From a bacterium (lineage in GTDB: Bacteria > Bacillota_I > Bacilli_A > Izemoplasmatales > UBA1188): a stretch of DNA of 64,000 bases. The position numbers and the translations under genes are program-made. The notes beneath the pieces were generated by a model that ran no database searches, had not been told where the DNA came from, and saw only the letters and a list, made by a program, of their open reading frames with translations. The stretch is taken from the NCBI GenBank assembly GCA_017541975.1, contig JAFXYB010000022.1, positions 8,679-72,678 on the forward strand. Reading direction: 5' to 3'. This document shows positions 41,489 through 51,200 of the stretch, in pieces (positions within the stretch are counted from its first letter, which is position 1; each line of letters starts with the position of its first letter).

Positions 41489-41521
41489 GTGACTAAAAAA
41501 TGAGTACGTTATTTTTTGTAT

Positions 41522-41560
41522 AAACTGCATTGCAGTTTTTAATATATTTTGTTATATAAT
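41522..41560 (+). promoter_or_regulatory. Putative sigma-A promoter with palindrome over the -35
   Basis: TTGCAG (41530) - 17 nt - TATATA with extended TG; AAACTGCA-t-TGCAGTTT inverted repeat at 41522-41538. Confidence 0.45.
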
Positions 41561-41577
41561 ATATATGAGGTAAAACT

Positions 41578-42714
41578 ATGCCTGTCTTGAGTGTATATTT
41601 ATTATTCAATTTATTTCTTTTTATAATGTCTGGATATCTTTTTGTAAGAACTACTCCAGACCTAATGAAAAAGCAAGAATACTTTATTTTTAGAATATTT
41701 ATTCTAGTTTTTTGTTTTTACACTATAGCTAATTCGCTTTGGACAATGCAGGAATATGATATTATATCTCTTCCTGGTTGGCTATTTAATTTAGTTTGTT
41801 TATTATCACTTACAGCTGTTTTATCTAACGCTATGTGCTTCTTTAAATTTGCGATGATTTATTTTGGTTATTCTGATAAGAAGAATAACCTTTTTGAATA
41901 TATACCATATGCGATAATGGTTATTCTTTTAATTATTTCATATTTCAATGGAATGGTATATTCAATTTCGGACAATAAAAACATTGTGAATGGGCCAATA
42001 TATATAATGATTCCTATCGTATCTTTCATATATTTTATAATAATACTAATTTCTTCACTTGTTAAGTTTGTGAGGACTAAGTCTCCACAATCAAGAAAGA
42101 ATTATATAACAATTTTATTCCTTGTAATATTCCTAATTTCTTGGATAATAATTGATAGCTACTTACAAGGTGTTACAATTATACCTATGGCAATATTCTC
42201 AGTTATCCTTGTTCTATTCACAACCTTCCAACAATCATCCATCAACACAGATGCCTTAACCCAAATGAATAATAGAAGAAAGGCGATAGAATATTTGACC
42301 TCCCAGCTTTCAAGTGTAAATAACGATTCACCTCTATATCTATATCTATGTGATATAAATAGTTTCAAGGCAATCAACGATAACTTTGGTCATTTAGAAG
42401 GTGACAACGCACTTATAATTCTATCTAATGCAATAAAAGAAGTTGTCGGTGAATCAGTAGGCTTTGCCGCAAGATATGGTGGCGATGAATTCGTTATTGC
42501 AGTAAGAAATCCTGGGTCAAATTATGACAAGGATGAAATTATAAGAAATATTGAAAAACTTATTAAAGATGAATGTAAAAAAGAGAATAAACCATATGAT
42601 ATAACGATTTCTGCAGGTTGCAAAATCTGTACAGATCCAAAAATATCTGTAGAAGAATATTTGAATGAAGTAGATGCCCTACTTTATGAAGTAAAAAAAG
42701 AACTATATAAATAG
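41578..42714 (+). CDS. Membrane-bound diguanylate cyclase (multi-TM plus GGDEF)
   Basis: About 7 TM helices, then DALTQMNNRR, DINSFKAINDNFGHLEGD, RYGGDEF; no RxxD I-site. Confidence 0.93.
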   Translation: MPVLSVYLLFNLFLFIMSGYLFVRTTPDLMKKQEYFIFRIFILVFCFYTIANSLWTMQEYDIISLPGWLFNLVCLLSLTAVLSNAMCFFKFAMIYFGYSDKKNNLFEYIPYAIMVILLIISYFNGMVYSISDNKNIVNGPIYIMIPIVSFIYFIIILISSLVKFVRTKSPQSRKNYITILFLVIFLISWIIIDSYLQGVTIIPMAIFSVILVLFTTFQQSSINTDALTQMNNRRKAIEYLTSQLSSVNNDSPLYLYLCDINSFKAINDNFGHLEGDNALIILSNAIKEVVGESVGFAARYGGDEFVIAVRNPGSNYDKDEIIRNIEKLIKDECKKENKPYDITISAGCKICTDPKISVEEYLNEVDALLYEVKKELYK

Positions 42715-42733
42715 GTTCGAGAGGCAGTAATTT

Positions 42734-44832
42734 ATGGATGTTAATACAAAATTAATGAATATAGTAAATAAATTCCAACAAACAAATCTCATACGTTCAA
42801 TAAGAGATGGGCTTGTGAATATGATTCCAGTTTTAATTATTGGAGCGTTCGCTTTAATATTTAAATCTTTCCCAGTTCCAGCTTATCAGACCTTTATCAC
42901 AACTTTTGGTAATGGTTTCTTACTTGAATTATTAAATTTCGTATATAGTGCTACCTTTGGCGTATTATCTGTATATATGACACTTTCTATCAGTAGATCG
43001 TATATGAAGATTCAAAAGAACCAAGAAGTAGTTCATGGTGGAGCATTATTTGTATCAGTACTTTGTTTCTTCATTTTATCAGGCGCCCTTCTTGAAGGAT
43101 TTGGCCTTGAGAATATGGGACCTAAATCAATGCTGCTTGCGATTATTGCTGGTCTTGGTGCATCTGCCCTTTATTGCAATTTTTTTTATTAATTAATAAA
43201 AAGGGAAGGTATGTTCTATCAAGAGGTGCTGATGGTGAATTCAACAAGATGCTTTCAACATTATTTCCTATCGTTCTTGTCACAATCGTATTCGCACTTC
43301 TCAATTTAATCATCATTAAGATATTTGATTCTGAATCATTCCATACACTATACATTTCACTTCTAAATGGAATGTTCTCGGCGGGAGAAGCTGGTTTCTT
43401 TAAAGGATTTTTCTTCGTATTATTATCTTCAGTTCTTTGGTTCTTTGGTGTTCATGGAAGCGATGCACTTCAAGGTGTTATGGAAGAATTCTTCGTTGAA
43501 GGTGTTGAAATTAATATGCAAGCAGTAGAAGCCGGAATGGAACCAACTCAAATTCTCACAAAAGAATTCTTTGATTGTTTCGTATTAATGGGTGGATGTG
43601 GAGCTACTATCTGTTTATTGATTGCGATTCTTATATTTTCTAAGAATAGTGCGAAGAAAGGTCTTGGTTATACAGCTGCATTCCCAATGATTTTTAACAT
43701 CAATGAACTAATGGTATTTGGTCTTCCAATCATCTTTAACCCTATCATGTTAATTCCATTCCTCACAGTACCACTAGTATGTTACTCGGTTGCATACCTC
43801 GCAATATCAACAGGTATGGTACCAATGATAATAAGTAATGTAGAATGGACAACTCCAGTTCTAATTGGTGGATATTTTGCAACTGGTTCAATTGCTGGAT
43901 CAATCTTACAACTTGTAAATATCTTAATTGGAACAGCTATTTACTTCCCATTTGTAAGGATGCTTGATAAACAAGCTATTCGTGATAACCAACAACATTT
44001 CAATGATTTCATTGAATACTATAAAGCAAATGAACAAAGTCTCCAGAATGAAAAGATTATTGAAATGAATAGTAGTTATGGTGAATTTGCTAAAGAACTT
44101 TGTGCAGATTTAAGACACGATTTACTAAAGAATATGCATATATTCTATCAACCACAATATAATTATCAAAATGAATGTATTGGTGTAGAAGCACTTCTCA
44201 GATGGAAACATCCAGATTACGGATACCTTTATCCTCCTGTAGTTGTTAAACTTGTTACTGAATGTAATTTACTATCTACACTTGAAAAAGCAATTATTGA
44301 AAAAGTATTATCAGAAAGAGAAGAAATCTATGCTAAATACGGAAAAGGCATAAAGATTTCAATCAACACAACTGGTACAACTATCGTAACTAAAGACTTC
44401 GTTGAATTTATGAAAGATGAAAATGAAATCTACAATTTCAAGGAAAATAATATCTGCCTAGAAGTCACAGAAAAAGAAGCATTCTCACTCGATGAAAAGA
44501 CCTTTGAGTTACTAAATATTTTAAAAGATATGGGTCTTCGTCTTGCCATAGATGATTTCTCAATGGGTCAAACATCTATCAATTACTTGAAATATAATCT
44601 ATTTGATATCATCAAGATTGATGGTGTGCTTGTTCGTGGTGTCGCATCATCTTCTAACTGTAGAGAAATCATTTCATCAGTTGCTGAACTTGCTAAATCT
44701 CTTTCACTCACAATCATCGCAGAATTTGTAGAGACAGAAGAATCTAAAGAATGTCTCCATAAGATTGGCTGTGACTACTATCAAGGATATCTCTATTCAG
44801 CTGCAAAACCACTCGAAGAAAAAGATAAATAG
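42734..44832 (+). pseudogene. PTS EIIC (cellobiose/lactose family)-EAL phosphodiesterase fusion, frameshifted at T8 (43180-43187)
   Basis: EIIC motifs SIRDGLVNMIPVLIIGAF, LWFFGVHG, MGGCGAT, IFNINELMVFGLPIIFNP, WTTPVLIGG; EAL motifs YQPQ, EALLRW, LEVTE, IDDFSMG, KIDG, AEFVE, QGYLYS. One extra T joins ORFs 42734-43192 and 43174-44832. Confidence 0.85.
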
Positions 44833-44835
44833 ACT

Positions 44836-45363
44836 ATGAATGTAAAATTAATTAAACTTTCAAAAGAATATGAAAGGGAACTAGGCGAAATGCTCGATGA
44901 ATGGAAGAGCGATATTGAAATAAATCATACAAATGGTTCGCCTGGTGCAATATTCAAAAACGATTATCATAATTTTGATTATTACTTAGAAAACTTAGAT
45001 TTAAAAGAAGAACGTGATGGAAGAGTCCCAAGTTCTACATTCTTCCTTTTAGACACTGATAGAAATAGACTATTAGGTGCTGTAAGTATTCGTCATTATC
45101 TAAATGATAAACTAATAAATAATGGTGGTGGACATATAGGCGATGGTATTAGGCCAACAGAGAGAAGAAAAGGCTATGCCACTGAAATGATTCGCCTTGC
45201 TCTAATTGAATGCAAGAAGCTTGGAATAAACAAGGTTATGATGGGCTGTGATAAAAACAATATAGGATCAAAAAAATCCATCATCAAAAATGGTGGTATT
45301 CTAGATAGAATAATTGATGAAGATGGTGAAATCACTGAAGTATACTGGATCAATAATGAATAA
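44836..45363 (+). CDS. GNAT family acetyltransferase
   Basis: VPSSTFFL, IRHYLN, GGHIGDGIRPTERRKGYATEM, NIGSKKSIIKNGG. Confidence 0.9.
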   Translation: MNVKLIKLSKEYERELGEMLDEWKSDIEINHTNGSPGAIFKNDYHNFDYYLENLDLKEERDGRVPSSTFFLLDTDRNRLLGAVSIRHYLNDKLINNGGGHIGDGIRPTERRKGYATEMIRLALIECKKLGINKVMMGCDKNNIGSKKSIIKNGGILDRIIDEDGEITEVYWINNE

Positions 45364-45373
45364 AATATGTAAG

Positions 45374-45400
45374 AATAAGAACCTTTGCGTTCTTATTTTT
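45374..45400 (+). terminator. Probable terminator
   Basis: AATAAGAAC-ctttgc-GTTCTTATT followed by ttt. Confidence 0.6.
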
Positions 45401-45530
45401 ATGAATAAATACACAAAAAATTAACTATTTTGTGATGAAAATGTGTTTTATATGCATGATGTTTGTCATTTGCAATTATATGTTATATAATTTTGTTGAA
45501 AATTATAAAAAACAAAAAAGGAGTAAAAAA

Positions 45531-48128
45531 ATGAAAAGAATTATTGCTGTTTTATTGTTAGTTTTACTTTCTGTTTCTCTATTTGCATGTGGAAAAAAGA
45601 CAGAAACAACAACTACTCAATCAAACATTACAACTACAGCACAACAAGCACCTCAACTTGTTGAAGTAACTACCTTAGATCAAGCATATCAAGGTGTTTA
45701 TCTAAAAGATAGTACTGCACTCAAAGTTGAAGGCACAACATTATTATATGAGGGAGTACAATACAAGCTTTATAAAGATAGCAACAATAAACTTGTTATT
45801 AAAGCAAATGTAGCTGGCGATCTCAAAGAAGTATCATTCGCTAATAATAGTATAACAGTTGAAGGTTTTGGTCAATTTGCAAAACAAACTGTAGCTACAC
45901 AAGGTGCCGATGTACAAGGTGTATATCAGGCTCAAGGTGGAACTGAAATCGTTGTAAGAAGCGATTCTGTTACTATTGATGGTGAAAAATTCTATCTCTT
46001 TAGCGATACTGAAGGAACATATATCCTTACTGATGATGGTAAAGTTCGTTTCAGTGTAAACAAAGAAGGTGAAACTGTAAATGTAACAGTTGGTAATGCA
46101 ACATATGGTTTCGAATCTGATACATTACCAGTTGATATTGATACTAGTGAACTTGTATCAATGATCAAGACATTATTAAATTCATATCAAACTTCATCTA
46201 TTCCAAGCTTCGCTCATAAGTTAGAATTAACTACAAAATTAAATACTACAGTACTCACAAATCCTACAAATAAAACTAACTATAAACCTAAAGGTGGTTT
46301 CGGTTTCTTAGATGGATTAGATCTCAGTGTTACTGCAACTGCAATTCTCAAGAACTTAACACTTTCTGACCCAACTACTGCACTTGGTGAATTCACTGCT
46401 GATGCAACTCTATCATTAAATGGATCCAATACACACAACTACGCTAAAGCTAATATCCAAGATGGAAAGGTTTATTCTTATTCAGGAGAAGATGAGGATA
46501 GCTATAGATACTCAGTAAGTGATTTCGCATTAAGTGAAGATGCATTAGAAGATTTCGATACAGAAGATCTCCCATTCTTACAAATCTTATCAATGTACAC
46601 TGGTGTAAGTTTCGATGATATGGAAGATTCATTTGATCTTGATGATTTATATGAAAAGATTGCTGAATTTGAAGAATTATTCAAAACTGCTGGAATCGGT
46701 CTTGATGAACTTGAAAAGATTTACAATGATTTCATTACTGCAAATGGTGATCAAATCACAATCGATGTTAACACTGCTAAGATAGTTCTTGCAGTAGGCA
46801 AAATCACTACACTCATTGAAACAAAAGTTAAACCAGCTTTACAAGTTATCTATGATTCATATAAAGATACTATGTTTAATGAATACAAGAACTTTACTGA
46901 ATTCCAAACAGAAACACTAAAAGATCTCACTGAATTCGTTGCAGAAATGACAAAGTTCTCAACTGAACTCACAATTAGAGAATTCCATGTTGAATTCAAC
47001 AAAGAAACTTTCGTTACTTCAATCAGAGTTGATTTTGATCAAAATGGTAAAGAATATGTAGGACCTGAAAAGGAAGAATCTGATGATCAAAACCCAATTT
47101 ATGCAACATATAAGAACAATGTTAAAGTAAATCTATCTGTTTCTAAACTTGCTAATGACACTGTTACAAAAGTAAATCCAGATGATTACATCATCGATGC
47201 TGACGATGTTAATGCTGTTATTCAAAAATACTTTGAGAACTACACCCTTCCAACTTTTGGTGCTAATGCAGAATACGATTATTCTGTTAGAAAGAATGAA
47301 GAAGATGATAAAGAAGTTAAAGAAGTATATATAGAAATCAATAAGTTAACAAAAGATGAAGCAAATGCAGTTATCGCCTCATTAAACACATATTTCAATA
47401 TTTCAGAAGATGAAGCTTATGAAACATCTATGGATTATATGGTTTTAGGCAGTGAAAACATCACCACAATTAGAGCATACTCTTATGGCTACTATGAAGA
47501 TTATGAATCTCAAGAAGAGCCATCTTATTATGAAATAAATATTTATATCACCGAAAAGCCTAATAATCTTGGCAAGGTTACAACAAATATCCAATCAGGT
47601 ATAACTGTAACTTACAAATATTCAATGGGAAACAATATTTATTTAGATGAATATAACACTTTACAAGCAACAGTTAGTTGGGGAAATGCTGAAAAAGCAT
47701 TAGTTGTAAAAGATAGCAAAAATAATTTAATGTATTATTCTACAATTGATGATGATGCAGAAATTAGAGAGGTTTATGTTAGTTGTAAAGCCGGCGAAAC
47801 TTATAGTTTCTCATTAGTTAATGTAGAAGACGTATATGATTATTGTAGCGTAAGCTATTTTGATTCTGGTTTCGAAACAACAACTACACACTATGGACCT
47901 GAGTATGTTAAGGCTGGCGATACATTCGAAGTAGAACTAACAACTAAGAGTTACGATGGTGAACAAACTCTTCCAACATACGTTATAATTGAAGATTTAG
48001 ACGTTAGGACAGTAGTTCAACCTGGACAAAAACTCACAGTTAGAGTTCCAGCTGATTTTGATGAAAACTGGCTACAAATTAGGTTTGTGGATGAATCTAA
48101 TTTCAATTCTCAATCAGAAGAAGAATAA
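45531..48128 (+). CDS. Large hypothetical lipoprotein
   Basis: RBS AAAGGAG, start MKRIIAVLLL..LFAC lipobox, Thr-rich linker, two QGVY beta repeats, acidic remainder. Confidence 0.85.
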   Translation: MKRIIAVLLLVLLSVSLFACGKKTETTTTQSNITTTAQQAPQLVEVTTLDQAYQGVYLKDSTALKVEGTTLLYEGVQYKLYKDSNNKLVIKANVAGDLKEVSFANNSITVEGFGQFAKQTVATQGADVQGVYQAQGGTEIVVRSDSVTIDGEKFYLFSDTEGTYILTDDGKVRFSVNKEGETVNVTVGNATYGFESDTLPVDIDTSELVSMIKTLLNSYQTSSIPSFAHKLELTTKLNTTVLTNPTNKTNYKPKGGFGFLDGLDLSVTATAILKNLTLSDPTTALGEFTADATLSLNGSNTHNYAKANIQDGKVYSYSGEDEDSYRYSVSDFALSEDALEDFDTEDLPFLQILSMYTGVSFDDMEDSFDLDDLYEKIAEFEELFKTAGIGLDELEKIYNDFITANGDQITIDVNTAKIVLAVGKITTLIETKVKPALQVIYDSYKDTMFNEYKNFTEFQTETLKDLTEFVAEMTKFSTELTIREFHVEFNKETFVTSIRVDFDQNGKEYVGPEKEESDDQNPIYATYKNNVKVNLSVSKLANDTVTKVNPDDYIIDADDVNAVIQKYFENYTLPTFGANAEYDYSVRKNEEDDKEVKEVYIEINKLTKDEANAVIASLNTYFNISEDEAYETSMDYMVLGSENITTIRAYSYGYYEDYESQEEPSYYEINIYITEKPNNLGKVTTNIQSGITVTYKYSMGNNIYLDEYNTLQATVSWGNAEKALVVKDSKNNLMYYSTIDDDAEIREVYVSCKAGETYSFSLVNVEDVYDYCSVSYFDSGFETTTTHYGPEYVKAGDTFEVELTTKSYDGEQTLPTYVIIEDLDVRTVVQPGQKLTVRVPADFDENWLQIRFVDESNFNSQSEEE

Positions 48129-48147
48129 TTATTTATTAAATCGAATT

Positions 48148-48174
48148 AGGTAGGGCGAAAGCTCTACCTTTTTT
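48148..48174 (+). terminator. Rho-independent terminator
   Basis: AGGTAGGGC-GAAA-GCTCTACCT stem with tetraloop followed by TTTTT. Confidence 0.85.
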
Positions 48175-48256
48175 AATTGCAATTAAGTGAAATATTTCCT
48201 TAAAATATTCCACTTCTTTAAAATTAATGTATAATATAAATATAAGTGAGTATTAT

Positions 48257-51200
48257 ATGAATAGAAAGCATCTACAATTCTTGTCTTTAATAGTTGTACT
48301 AGCAATTATGTTTATTGCTCTTTTTTCATATAATAAATCTTTGGTATTTGTTAAGGCAGAAGAAAGCAGCAATATCCCAGATTTCACAGAAATCACAGAA
48401 GGTGACGGTTACACATATGATAGTGAATCATTTATTCTATATTTACGTGGCATAAACTGGACTGGCGATATAACTCTCCCAACAAATACAGAAGAATCCG
48501 TTTTCAGCATTGTTGTTGAAAGTGGTAAAAACTATATTAATGGTTCAATAATCGCCAATCAGAATCTATCTATTTCCGGTGATGGAAGTCTTGAAATCAC
48601 AAGTTCAAATACCACCACAATTCAGGCAAATGGAGAAGTAGAATGCAGTAATGACTATCTTAAGATAGTCAATACATCGACTGATAGTGATGCTAATGCA
48701 ATAACACTAACTGGTAATGATTCAAGCTTAAGGTTTTCTTTTGGTCATGTAATTATTTCTTCTACAAATGGAAATGGTATCTATACTACAAACAGTGTGA
48801 CGGGTAATATTTCATTTAATGGTGGTTTCATCGAGATTACTGCAGCATCTTATGCAATTAAAAACACCAATTCACTTTCACGTATTATTCTAAGTGAATC
48901 AGTAGTAATTCTAAAATCAAATATCACTATCTATAATCCAAATATGGAAATCCAATCAGGTGTAATTGAGATGGATGGAACTTCTAAATTTGCAGCGAGT
49001 GGTTCATCAAGTGTATCTAGCGATGGAACTTCTGGAGGAGTAGTTGCTGATGACTCTCCAACAATTTCTATGGAAGTTGGTTTTGGCTTCTACATAGTTA
49101 GTGGCGAAACAATTACACAAATGGAAGATGTAATCGATCAAACAATCTATTTTAGCGATATCGAAAATGATAATATCAAACATGCAATCATCGCAAAAGG
49201 AGTATATAGAAATTACAATTCATCTGATAGAGAAATCTCATCTATCTATGTATTTGGCACATTAACTACAAGCGAAGAACTTGAAGTTGCACCACAAATA
49301 ACATATTCATATATTGAAACTTCCGTTCTTGGTAAAGGCTTTACTCCAAGTGACGGTGCAGTAATAAACGGTAAACTCTTTTTCTCAAATACACTCTTTA
49401 TTGATCCACCAACTAATCTCACAACCGAATTTGATTACGATGGCGAAGCTAAATCAATTGAATTCCCTGAAGACGGAGAATACTTCGTAGTAAACCCTGA
49501 GGCAAATACTCTAACTAATCCTGGTGAATCAACTGTTATAATTGCCTTAGATAATTTTTCAAATGACTTTAGGCCAGTTTGGAGTGATACATATTCAAAC
49601 GAAAACAGGGAATATATACTCAAAGTATCAAAAGTAACAGTTGAACCACCAGCTGCACCAAGTGTTAATACATTTACATATGATGGCGAAACTCATAGCC
49701 TTGATATTCTTTTGAGCGAGTATTATACAATATCTAACAACGAACTAATTAATGCATCAACTGTCGATGTTATAGTGAGTTTATTAGATTCTGATTTTTA
49801 TATGTGGAGCGATACACTAGATAGCGATGATAAATCATTCACTCTAACTGTAAATCCTCTTACAGTCACAAGGCCAACTGTCGTCACTGACCCATTTACT
49901 TATGATAGTCAGGAACATAGCCTAGATATCCCTGAAAGTGAATATTATTATGTTGGTGCATTTAACACAAGATTTATGGCTGGTACAACCGACGTGCCTG
50001 TCATATTATACGATACAGAAAACTATGTTTGGGATGATGGTACAACTGATGATTTATCATTCCCACTCACAATTAATCCATTCGTAGTCGCAAAACCAAA
50101 TGTGGATAGTGAATCATTCCCATATGATGGCTTAGAACATAGCCTAGATATTCCAGAAAGTGATTATTATCAAGCATACGATAATGTGCTAAGCAATGTT
50201 GGCTCAGTTAGTGTAACAATCGCCCTAAATGATAGAGATAACTATATTTGGGATGATGAAACTAATGATGATATAATCCTAACTTTAACTGTTTATGATG
50301 AAACACCATCTCAAGATGGTTATATTTCGTATATTATCGATTCATACTTTGACATTGATAATCCAAATCCTGAAACATATTCAGCATCGCAAACATATAC
50401 ATTCCTACCTTTAAGTCACCCAGGCATAAACTTTATCGGATGGTATGAGGATGATACATACACTAAAGAAGTAGTTGATACAAGTTCGTTCTCGGATTAT
50501 GTTGTACTCTATGCGAAATTTGAATATGTATCATATGAAATTGTCTTAGATTATAACGGCATAACCTATAAACAAAAAGAATCAGTCAGTCTCGGCACAT
50601 TCAGAAGTGATGAAGAGGTAAGTCTACAACTCAGCGATTATGTTCCTTCATCAATCGACTTTGAATTCAACGGATTTAGAGTTGGCGATAAAACTTATTC
50701 ATTTAACCTTACAACTGATATTAACCTTATAAATAATATCGTTCAAGGTGTAGTCACCCTTAAAGCGTCTTATTCAATCGATTATAAAAAAGATGATAGT
50801 GAACTATCATCAAGATTAGAATTCTTATCTACAAATTTAACTCCACTTCCATATGGAGCTTTTAGTGGTATGTCTTTTACCATAACATCTATGTCCCCTA
50901 TAAGCGATAACGAAGTTTTGAGTATAAAAGATTCTATCATCAGTTCATGTTTGAGTACTGATAAATATTATATAGATGATGATGAAATCTTCCTAAAACT
51001 TACATCATCATATAATCTATCTCTTATAAGTGGAGATACTAACGTTCAATCACTCGATAATAACACTCTATTAAAGGTGATTATTCCATTAAACGTAACT
51101 GAAGAATATTTCACTAAATACGCAGTCGTTTCTAATAATGAATTAATCGCTGTCGCTAAAAGATGTGATAAATTCGGTAATGAAGACATAAATGGTAAAT

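Noticed and set aside
41488-41512. TGTGAC..CGTTAT as a second ECF promoter upstream of the GGDEF gene
   Set aside because: Spacer is 13 nt versus 17 nt at the sigma gene; likely chance in AT-rich DNA.
44830-44838. In-frame TAG-ACT-ATG between EAL and GNAT suggesting readthrough fusion
   Set aside because: Both domains are complete at their ends and this GNAT type is normally standalone; in-frame adjacency occurs by chance one time in three.
45364-45530. Longest intergenic gap as ncRNA or c-di-GMP riboswitch
   Set aside because: Very AT-rich, explained by terminator plus promoter; no riboswitch consensus visible.
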